From Candidatus Sumerlaeaceae bacterium (lineage in GTDB: Bacteria > Sumerlaeota > Sumerlaeia > Sumerlaeales > Sumerlaeaceae), in contig JAIBAT010000063.1 in assembly GCA_019695055.1 (NCBI GenBank), positions 6,220 through 70,219 of the forward strand: a stretch of 64,000 nucleotides of DNA, in the 5' to 3' direction. Made by a program: the position numbers and the translations under genes. Numbering within the stretch: the stretch's first letter is position 1; each line of letters begins with the position of its first letter. Under the pieces are notes generated by a model. It ran no database searches, was not told the DNA's origin, and worked only from the letters and a program-made list of their open reading frames with translations. Positions 28,914 to 36,942 of the stretch are shown here, piece after piece.

Positions 28914-30134
28914 ATGAAACTCCACACCCTCGTCTTCCGCGAGATCTTCGAGCGCAAGAGCCAGCTGCTTACCAGCTTTCTGGCAATCCTGCTTGGCATC
29001 ACTGTGATCGTTTCCATCAAGAACATCAGCTTCTACTCGGAGAAAGCCGTGGCCCGCGAACTGGACGCCCTGGGCGCAAACATCCTTGTCTTGCCCAAGT
29101 CGGCAACGCTTCAGAACTACTACAGCGCCGACATGCAGGACGAGGAGCTCCCCGAGGAGTACGTAACCATTCTCGCCACCTCGGGCCTCGAAGGACTCGA
29201 CAACATTTCGCCGAAGTTGTCCGCCGCGGTCAGTGTGCGCGGCACCACCTGTACTCTCACCGGCATCCTTCCAAAGCAGGAGTTTCAGTCCAAGGCTGCG
29301 TGGGAGGGTGCCGGCATCTTTTCGCGACCCGCCGGATGCGGTGTCGTTGCCCAGATGCCCGGCGCTGATAACACACCTGCCAGGGAGACACTTGTTCGAA
29401 AACGGGTCATTGACACCCTCCAGCCCGATGAGGCCCTCGTCGGCTCCGAAGTTGCCGCCAGCCTGTCTCTCAAGGAAAACGAATCCTTTGATATTCTGGG
29501 TCGTCCATTTCGCGTGACGGCCCTCTTGCCCCAGACCGGCACCGTGGACGACTCGCGCATCTTTGCGCATCTGCATTCGGTCCAGGAACTTCTCGGCAAG
29601 GGCCCCGTCATTAATGCGGTAGAAATCGTCGGCTGCTGCCAGGAAATCTCCAGGGGGCTCGTTGCCAAGCTGAACCAAGCCCTTCCCGACGCCAAGGTGG
29701 TTACCGTGGCCCAGGTCGTTGATACGCAGATCAAAACCAACAGCATGATGGCTGGTTTGTCGCTGGTATTCCTTTCAATCATCGTGCTGGTGGGCGGAGC
29801 CAGCATCGCCAATTACATGTACGCCAATGTTTACGAGCGCCGCCGGGAAATCGGAACCCTGTTGGCTCTCGGTGCCAGCCCTTCCCTCGTCGTGATGATG
29901 TTCCTGTTCAAAGCACTGCTTCTGGGAATTGTTGGCGGGATCGGAGGATTCCTCCTGGGAACGGTGCTTGCAGCCGCCCTTGGGCCGCGCATTGCAAACG
30001 TGCCCGTATTTCCGATGCCGATGCTGCTCTTGTGGGCCGTGTTGATTTCGGCGGCCATTTCGCTCGTCGCCAGCCTGCTTCCGGCCCGCAACGCCTCCCG
30101 TCTCGATCCTTGCGCAACTCTCCAGGAAGGCTGA
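28914..30134 (+). CDS. ABC transporter permease, FtsX-like (MacB/LolE type)
   Basis: N-terminal TM, large periplasmic domain, C-terminal FtsX 3-TM bundle. Confidence 0.7.
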   Translation: MKLHTLVFREIFERKSQLLTSFLAILLGITVIVSIKNISFYSEKAVARELDALGANILVLPKSATLQNYYSADMQDEELPEEYVTILATSGLEGLDNISPKLSAAVSVRGTTCTLTGILPKQEFQSKAAWEGAGIFSRPAGCGVVAQMPGADNTPARETLVRKRVIDTLQPDEALVGSEVAASLSLKENESFDILGRPFRVTALLPQTGTVDDSRIFAHLHSVQELLGKGPVINAVEIVGCCQEISRGLVAKLNQALPDAKVVTVAQVVDTQIKTNSMMAGLSLVFLSIIVLVGGASIANYMYANVYERRREIGTLLALGASPSLVVMMFLFKALLLGIVGGIGGFLLGTVLAAALGPRIANVPVFPMPMLLLWAVLISAAISLVASLLPARNASRLDPCATLQEG

Positions 30135-30142
30135 AAACATCA

Positions 30143-30826
30143 ATGTTGACACTTACCTCTGTTCATAAAACATATAGTCGGCGAAACCAGAAGGTCGCGG
30201 CATTGGATAATGTCACACTTACCGTCGGTTCCGGGGAGTTCGTCTCCGTCGTCGGCCCCAGTGGAAGCGGCAAGAGCACCCTGCTGCTGGTTCTGGGCGG
30301 GATGCTTACTCCGGAATCAGGCGAGGTGGAGATTGGCGGCGAATCCCTTTATGCCATGTCTCCGTCAAACCGGGCGCGGGTGCGCCGTGAGAAGGTTGGT
30401 TTCGTATTCCAGACCTTCAACCTCGTTCCCTACCTTACAGCACTGGCCAACGTGCAGGTTCCCCTTTACCTCCGCGGCAAGGAACCGGCGGAGCAAATTG
30501 CCCGGGCAACCGAACTCCTTGAGCAAGTCGGCCTGGGGGATCGACTCGACCACAAGCCCTCCGAGTTGAGCGTGGGCCAACAACAGCGCGTTGCTCTTGC
30601 CCGGATGATGGCAAATGACCCGCAGATCATCCTCGCGGACGAACCAACCGGGAACCTCGACCCGGCAACCGGAGACCAAATCCTTGGGTTTCTCGAAACC
30701 CTCAATCGCGCGGGCAAACTGGTGTTGATGGTCACACATGACATGCGCGCGGCATCCCGTGCGGGGCGCATCCTGAAACTCAAGGACGGCCGGGTGGAAG
30801 AACTGAATGTGGCGGATGATTCGTAG
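30143..30826 (+). CDS. ABC transporter ATP-binding protein (MacB/LolD type)
   Basis: GPSGSGKSTLL Walker A; LSVGQQQRVALARM signature; ILADEPTGNLD Walker B. Confidence 0.8.
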   Translation: MLTLTSVHKTYSRRNQKVAALDNVTLTVGSGEFVSVVGPSGSGKSTLLLVLGGMLTPESGEVEIGGESLYAMSPSNRARVRREKVGFVFQTFNLVPYLTALANVQVPLYLRGKEPAEQIARATELLEQVGLGDRLDHKPSELSVGQQQRVALARMMANDPQIILADEPTGNLDPATGDQILGFLETLNRAGKLVLMVTHDMRAASRAGRILKLKDGRVEELNVADDS

Positions 30827-30984
30827 AGTAAATCTGAGATGAAATCCGCCCACAGCATTCCTGACTGGGAGATCCACTTGGGCGTGTTAAGATTGCAGAA
30901 TTGCTTCCGGGTACCACCAACCTGCTGTCCGCAACGCATTTTTCCTTGCCTGTAAACTCACCCTGATTCACCCCGAATGCCGAA

Positions 30985-32094
30985 ATGCACTTCGGAAACG
31001 ACCTATCACCCCGTCAGGTTGGCCAGCATTGTGGCAGTCCCTCGCAATTGGCCCGCATTTCCTCCAGCGAGCTGTGCGATGGGAAGGAAAAGGGTGTCCA
31101 CGTCCTCGATTTTCGCACCGGCAGCGGTTTCAATTTTTTGGTCGTGCCGGACCGCGGTATGGACATCGCCTTTGCGGAATACAAGGGGCACAACCTCGCC
31201 TGGATGTCCGGCACCGGCATCGTGGCTCCCGCCTATTACGAACCGGAAGGCTGGAACTGGAGTCGCGGATTCTTTGGCGGACTGCTGACCACCTGCGGTC
31301 TGCTTCATGTGGGAATCCCTGACACCTACAAGGGCGAACCCATCGGCGCCCACGGGCGCGTCTCTTACACGCCGGCCAGAAACGTTTCCCATGCGGCGGA
31401 ATGGTCAGCCGATGGGTGTCGGCTTTCGGCTGCCGGGGAGATGCATGACATTCGCCCCTCTCTCTATAGTCTGCTCCTGCGCCGCCGCATTGAGGCCGAA
31501 GCCGGCGGGAAATCCCTGCGGATCCATGACACTGTGATCAATTCAGGCTGTACCCGCACACCCCATCAGATAATTTACCACATCAACGCCGGTTTCCCGA
31601 TCTTGTCCGCGGTATCGCGCCTTGTCGCTCCCTCGCGCAAGGTTACCCCGCGCGAATCAGTCGCGGCTGAGGGGGCGAAGGATTATCACCTTTGCGAGGC
31701 ACCCGCTGCCGAATACCGAGAGAAGGTCTACTATCACGATATGGCCCCTTGCTCGGATGGACGCGTCTGGGTTGCGCTGGTCAACTCCGCCCTTGGCGAT
31801 GGGCTTGGTCTCTACGTCAAGTATGCGCCCGAAAACCTGCCCCGAATGATCCAGTGGAAGATGATGGGGGAGGGAACCTATGTGATGGGCATGGAGCCGT
31901 CCAATTCCTACGGCACCGGCATGGCCCACGTTGAGAAGTTGGGTTCCTTGCGCCAGCTTGAGGCCGGTGAACAGGTGGAATACCGCCTGGAGATCGGCGT
32001 ACTGGAAGGCCGTGAGGAAATCGCCGCCTTCGAAGCCGAGGTGGCCCGCGCAAAGCCCGCGCCGACCATCATTGCCCCGCCGCTGCTTCCCTAA
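30985..32094 (+). CDS. hypothetical protein (possibly mutarotase-like/DUF4432-type fold; tentative)
   Basis: 369-aa ORF with clean ATG; no decisive motif. Confidence 0.4.
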   Translation: MHFGNDLSPRQVGQHCGSPSQLARISSSELCDGKEKGVHVLDFRTGSGFNFLVVPDRGMDIAFAEYKGHNLAWMSGTGIVAPAYYEPEGWNWSRGFFGGLLTTCGLLHVGIPDTYKGEPIGAHGRVSYTPARNVSHAAEWSADGCRLSAAGEMHDIRPSLYSLLLRRRIEAEAGGKSLRIHDTVINSGCTRTPHQIIYHINAGFPILSAVSRLVAPSRKVTPRESVAAEGAKDYHLCEAPAAEYREKVYYHDMAPCSDGRVWVALVNSALGDGLGLYVKYAPENLPRMIQWKMMGEGTYVMGMEPSNSYGTGMAHVEKLGSLRQLEAGEQVEYRLEIGVLEGREEIAAFEAEVARAKPAPTIIAPPLLP

Positions 32095-32783
32095 AACCCC
32101 TTGGGTTCGTCAGTTTCCTCCAACGGGTAAAGCGTCACCTTCCGCAGGAACACGTTGCGATCCTCGCCCTTCTCGGGGTCGTCGAAATTGTTGTAGAATC
32201 GGAACGTCACCTTGTAGTCGCCCGGCTCGAGTGGCATGTCCAGTTTGCGGCGAAACTCAAAGTAGGTCGAGGTCGTGACATAATCCGTGGGCCATGGGAA
32301 ATAGTTTTTCTGGATCGTGTAGTTGTACATGTTCAGGTCCACCTCGGGCCAAACCGGTGGGTTGCCGGTGGACTGGCCGCGCATCTCCAAAGCCACCTCA
32401 CCCACCTTGAACGGCACCTTGTACGGATCCAGGCTCAACGCACCGTTCGACACAAGCTGCCAGCCGCCAGTGCCATCCGCGTCGCCATTGTCGGCTTTCA
32501 TCTCCTTGGCCCAAAACGTCACTGGCGTTGGAACCGGTGTGGGAACCGGCGTGGGTGGTGGTGTGAATTCCGGTGTCACGTCCCGGCGTCGCGGAGTCGG
32601 CTTGGCCGCGGACTTTTTCGCCGTCGTCTTTTCGTTCTTGAGGTCCTCGGGGCGCTTCAGCGGCTTGACGATGCTCTTGTCCTCGCACCCCGTTATCACG
32701 GCGCACAGGAGAATCGTCGCGATGGTGCTCGTTATTCCCGTTCGAAGCAACTGACCCAAGTTCACGTCCTGTTTGTAAGCCAT
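32091..32783 (-). CDS. hypothetical lipoprotein with (PTPV)n linker
   Basis: Lipobox-like ...AVITGC; PTPVPTPVPTPV linker. Confidence 0.45.
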   Translation of the reverse strand: MAYKQDVNLGQLLRTGITSTIATILLCAVITGCEDKSIVKPLKRPEDLKNEKTTAKKSAAKPTPRRRDVTPEFTPPPTPVPTPVPTPVTFWAKEMKADNGDADGTGGWQLVSNGALSLDPYKVPFKVGEVALEMRGQSTGNPPVWPEVDLNMYNYTIQKNYFPWPTDYVTTSTYFEFRRKLDMPLEPGDYKVTFRFYNNFDDPEKGEDRNVFLRKVTLYPLEETDEPKGF

Positions 32784-32866
32784 TGTCCTATTCCAAGTCT
32801 ATGTCCATTTCCCCTAAATGCAGGATTCATACCCGAAAAATGGGAGCGAAATGCCGTGTACGCGCC

Positions 32867-34987
32867 TTATTTCCCGCGCTTTGACGGCGTTTTGGCGGGA
32901 TTTTTGGGGTCCAGTCCTGCCAGGGGCTTGTGAAATCTCGATGGAACCTGTTCCAGCAGGTCCGCGTGGGCTTGCTGCGTCAAGATCAGGAACCCTGCGC
33001 ACCACACGTGCGCCAGCTGTAACATGCAACCCTTCGGCTGCCACCATTCCGTGTGGTACCATTGCTCACTCATCATTCCCTTGCGTGCGTTCATGTCGCC
33101 GTCGCAGCGCGCAATCATCTGGAGCGAATAGTGCAAATGGTCGCGCGCGCGATCCAGGTAGTGCTGGTCGCCGGTCCACATCCACAGCTTGAGGAGTGCC
33201 TCATGGGCAATGAGCCCGTAATTGTGGAGATGCTGGTTTGGCGGGGACGCCACATCGCCGCCAAAGGTGTGAAACTTGTAGACATCGAGGAAACTGTCCC
33301 GCGGCCAGACCGTGTTGTACATCCAGCGGAACGTCAGCATCCACTCGGCGCATTGCTGTGCGTCGCGCAGGAAGCATGGATCGTCCGTTGCCTCGAACAG
33401 CGCCGCATAGGCCCGCAGCGCATTATAGCCGTCTTCCGAGGACGGCGACAACGACACATCCTCGCACCCGCCAAAGAAGTGCGCGTCCTCCACGTAGCGC
33501 CGATAAAAGTTCCCCGCCTTCACAGCGGCGGCGGAAAAAACCTTGGCCTGGGATTTGGAAATACCGGTCAGCTTCGCCGCCTTCAGCAGCGCCGGGATCC
33601 AAGCCAATCCCGCGGTCCCGCTCCACTCCGCGACTTGCGAAGTGTTCACATCGTAATAAGCGCCGAAGTTCCCGTCGTCACCCTGCACGGCGACTGCAAA
33701 ACCGAGGCATGAGATCAGTGCCTTGCGCCAGAGCTTCGTGCGTGCGGCATTTCCCCGCCCCTGTCGGATTTCCCACGCGAGCGCATCGCTCAGAAACGAA
33801 CACGCTTCTCCCAGCGTGCGCGCGTGCAGCCATTCCGGGCGCGGATTCCAGCCCGCGTCCCAGCCGTGCTCACTGGTCCATTGCGCCCAAAACGCCCCAC
33901 AAGGCGCCATGCCTTCGCCGCAAATCTTGTCGATGACGGACGCCCCGGCCTCCGCCGCGTCTTCATCGCCATGCTCCTCGCCCCACCGCGACAGCGCATG
34001 AGCATAAGCAATCCCGCTGACCCACGACACATGCATGTGCGGCCGGTCCACATACCCCGGCAGGTTGCGCGCTTGGGCGAAGTATTTGTCGAATCCGCAC
34101 GTCTCATACAAGACATGTTCCTCGGGGTCATAAAACCAATGGAGAAGTCCGTGTGCCGCCAGCCCGGCGGCCTTGTCCAGCCCCATCCATGGCGCCGACT
34201 TCGCTGTTGCCGAGTGATGCCGGTAAAGTTCCCTCAGCACCGGCGCGTAGGCGTGCCGGTCGGCGGCCGGTGTGGCCCCGACGCGGAACTTGAACCGCAA
34301 CGTCTCCCCGGCCCCAAGCCGTGCAAAAGTCGCCTTTCCGTTTAGGTGCTCCGGGTCATGCGGCGCATAATGCGCGGGTGCCTCGCGCCACGGGAAGTGC
34401 AGCGCCAGCGCCGCCGCCGAGGAGCCGTCCGGCATCGTGTCGTAGGCAAACCCCACGCTGCTCATTCCGTGGGAGAATTGCTCGTCTGTCCCCAGATGGT
34501 AAAGATAATCATGGACTCCCGCAAACACCACCGGGGCCGCACAACGATCAGCCCGGAAATTCCAGAACGGGGACACGAACTTCTCCGGTTCCTGGATCGC
34601 CGGGTGAAACCGCGGAAAGACCCTTGTATTGTTGGGCTCAAACCCGTTGTCCTTGTAAAACATCCCCGGGATCAGCCACCGCGGTATTTCCGGTGCGGGA
34701 ATGACGAACATGACCTCCGCCGCAATCCCCAAATCCCGCCGCGACGAGTTTCGGATGATGACCTCCGCCTCAATCCACCACCGATTGCGATTTTGCGGTT
34801 GGAATCGAATTTCCGCATCCAACGGAAACGCTTTCGCCCGATGCTTGCCTTCAGGTGACGTCATGGCCCGTCCTGAAAGTTTGAGTCCGCTCGTCGCCGC
34901 ACCCCGCGAAGTCACCTTGAGTGGGACATGGAGGGTTTCGTGGTTGTGATCATCCAACACCCACAGCACCAACGGGGCCATCACCAT
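32867..34987 (-). CDS. large hypothetical protein (about 700 aa; alpha/alpha-toroid glycoside-hydrolase-like character is only suspected)
   Basis: Long ORF; start set at MVMAPLVL with a GAGGGAAG RBS; the ORF track extends to 35197 but that would overlap the upstream gene. Confidence 0.45.
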   Translation of the reverse strand: MVMAPLVLWVLDDHNHETLHVPLKVTSRGAATSGLKLSGRAMTSPEGKHRAKAFPLDAEIRFQPQNRNRWWIEAEVIIRNSSRRDLGIAAEVMFVIPAPEIPRWLIPGMFYKDNGFEPNNTRVFPRFHPAIQEPEKFVSPFWNFRADRCAAPVVFAGVHDYLYHLGTDEQFSHGMSSVGFAYDTMPDGSSAAALALHFPWREAPAHYAPHDPEHLNGKATFARLGAGETLRFKFRVGATPAADRHAYAPVLRELYRHHSATAKSAPWMGLDKAAGLAAHGLLHWFYDPEEHVLYETCGFDKYFAQARNLPGYVDRPHMHVSWVSGIAYAHALSRWGEEHGDEDAAEAGASVIDKICGEGMAPCGAFWAQWTSEHGWDAGWNPRPEWLHARTLGEACSFLSDALAWEIRQGRGNAARTKLWRKALISCLGFAVAVQGDDGNFGAYYDVNTSQVAEWSGTAGLAWIPALLKAAKLTGISKSQAKVFSAAAVKAGNFYRRYVEDAHFFGGCEDVSLSPSSEDGYNALRAYAALFEATDDPCFLRDAQQCAEWMLTFRWMYNTVWPRDSFLDVYKFHTFGGDVASPPNQHLHNYGLIAHEALLKLWMWTGDQHYLDRARDHLHYSLQMIARCDGDMNARKGMMSEQWYHTEWWQPKGCMLQLAHVWCAGFLILTQQAHADLLEQVPSRFHKPLAGLDPKNPAKTPSKRGK

Positions 34988-35097
34988 CGGGAAACTTCCC
35001 TCGCATCCCGCGCAAGCGGTCATGCCGCCGTGGATTACGTCCGGTGTGGTCTCAAGGCGGAGGTTGGAACCGTCCTTCTTTGGTGACCCAGCTTTTC

Positions 35098-36138
35098 TCA
35101 CTTCGGTTTCTCCCCACTTTTGGACTGGTCCACGACCATTGATCTGGACGTTTCCGCGTCCATTGCATTTTTCAGGGAGTGGATTACGTCGTTCCACTGC
35201 AGCCGCACATAGGAGTACTCTGGGCTGTCAAAGTCATTGTATTTGTCGACAAGCACAAGCAAGTCCCGCGCGTCGGAAGTATGCCCATCCTTGATCCACG
35301 CCTGTGCGACCATCAGTTCGGGCCAGGGCGAGCCAATATTGAGTACACCGAGGGGCGTCTTGCTGGCCGACTGCCGCCAGGTATAAAGTTCCTCCAGTTT
35401 TGCAATGGCTTCGGTGCGGTTGCTTGTCTTCCAACTCTTCTTTTGCCATTCGTGTCCAAACCATTCCTGAATGGCAAATGTCCCGGAGCGGAAACCCGTT
35501 CCGAAAAAGACCAGAAATAGGCACGCATAGGACGCCCCATTGACCATCAGCGACCACCGGAGCGACTTGCCCCAGTTCCCGGTCAGCTTGTTGTAAATCA
35601 CGGACTCATAAAACGTGGTCAGGCAGAACGCGGCAAATAGCAGCACATAAACCTGAACCACAAACATCGGAATGGATGGCATGGGCAGCAGAAATGCGAA
35701 GAAAACCACCAGCAGCCCAACCGAGAGAGCCAGCTCCCTCGCGAGACCCCATTTGAGGTGCTTTCCGATCCTGATACCGGCGTCTGACGCTATGATGAAG
35801 GCAACGAGCAACTCAAATGGATGGAACATTATGCCGACGCCGATAACCGTTGTGAGCAAGTTCGCCAGGGAAACAACCTTGAGTGCCTTCCCAAACGGGT
35901 TCTTCAGTGCAAACGCAAGAACCGCGGTCTCAATGGCTATGACGCCGAAGAAGGAGGCGAGAAACACCATCCACCCGCCAATGACTGTGGGCGAAAATAC
36001 GAAAATAGTGGGAAGCGGGACATTTGCGCAAGCCGGCGTCGGCGCCAGAACCAGTGTTCCAGCGATTGCGATACACCAAAAACCACGGAATAGACTCATT
36101 GGCGCACCTACAGGAAGACGTAACTTGCGTATCCGCAT
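35098..36138 (-). CDS. hypothetical polytopic membrane protein
   Basis: Signal/TM N-terminus MRIRKLRLPVGAPMSLFRGFWCIAIAG; multiple hydrophobic helices. Confidence 0.45.
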   Translation of the reverse strand: MRIRKLRLPVGAPMSLFRGFWCIAIAGTLVLAPTPACANVPLPTIFVFSPTVIGGWMVFLASFFGVIAIETAVLAFALKNPFGKALKVVSLANLLTTVIGVGIMFHPFELLVAFIIASDAGIRIGKHLKWGLARELALSVGLLVVFFAFLLPMPSIPMFVVQVYVLLFAAFCLTTFYESVIYNKLTGNWGKSLRWSLMVNGASYACLFLVFFGTGFRSGTFAIQEWFGHEWQKKSWKTSNRTEAIAKLEELYTWRQSASKTPLGVLNIGSPWPELMVAQAWIKDGHTSDARDLLVLVDKYNDFDSPEYSYVRLQWNDVIHSLKNAMDAETSRSMVVDQSKSGEKPK

Positions 36139-36254
36139 GGCAGGTCCACATCGCCATCCCAGGTTGCTGCCGTCCACCAAATTCCCGCAAGTATGGTGCC
36201 ATGCGATTGTTTCTCTATTGCCATTTGTCTGCCTGGCGCCATGCTCTGCACTGA

Positions 36255-36632
36255 ATGGATACTGCAGGGCAGGTAAAATACTGGGTTGATGGCGCCCGCG
36301 AGGATTGGGAAGCTGCGGTGGACTTGGTCCATCAAGGCCGGATGCGCCATGGCCTCTTCTTTGCTCACCTTGCTCTCGAAAAAGCTTTGAAGGCGCATGT
36401 CTCGCTCAGGACAAATACGCCCCCGGCACGGATACACAACCTTGTCCGCCTTGCCCAAACTGCAGGCCTTGCTCTGACGGACGACGTAATGGATCTCCTG
36501 GCTGACATGAATCAGTTTAATCTGGAGGGGCGTTATCCTCAGCCCCAACAACAGAATATTTCAGGCCCCGGTGCGGCAGAATACATGAAACGGGCCGGAG
36601 AGGTGTTGGCATGGTTGACGCGGCAACTTTAG
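36255..36632 (+). CDS. HEPN domain protein (HEPN-MNT toxin-antitoxin-type module)
   Basis: All-helical 125 aa; GRMRHGLFFAHLALEKALKAH...RIHNL; partner nucleotidyltransferase overlaps. Confidence 0.55.
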   Translation: MDTAGQVKYWVDGAREDWEAAVDLVHQGRMRHGLFFAHLALEKALKAHVSLRTNTPPARIHNLVRLAQTAGLALTDDVMDLLADMNQFNLEGRYPQPQQQNISGPGAAEYMKRAGEVLAWLTRQL

Positions 36633-36940
36633 CAAGCGTTACGGGATACCTAAGCAAACTTGCGGATACAGGTGTGCCTGCCAGTTTTGGAGTGCTATTT
36701 GGTTCCCGCGTCTCGGGAACTGCCGACGACCAGAGCGACATTGACCTGATTGTTGTTTCCCCGGTATTCGACGGCCCCTTCTCCCGTGACCTCGTCAATC
36801 AGCTTTGGCGCACAGCCGCTCGCGTGGACAGCCGCATCGAACCCATTCCGTGCGGCCAAAACCAATGGGAATCCGACCAGATTACCCCAATTCTCGAAAT
36901 GGCACGACAGAATGGATTGAGGGTATTGCCGGGCGGGTAA
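36611..36940 (+). CDS. minimal nucleotidyltransferase (MNT) domain protein
   Basis: GVLFGSRVSGTADDQSDIDLIVV (GS...SDIDL NTase motif); 22-nt overlap with the HEPN gene. Confidence 0.65.
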   Translation: MVDAATLASVTGYLSKLADTGVPASFGVLFGSRVSGTADDQSDIDLIVVSPVFDGPFSRDLVNQLWRTAARVDSRIEPIPCGQNQWESDQITPILEMARQNGLRVLPGG

Positions 36941-36942
36941 AA

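Noticed and set aside
32814-33200. Plus-strand ORFs (32818-33192, 33238-33936) that would give an Arg/Pro-rich protein
   Set aside because: They are antisense to the 700-aa minus-strand gene, and their composition is a high-GC shadow.
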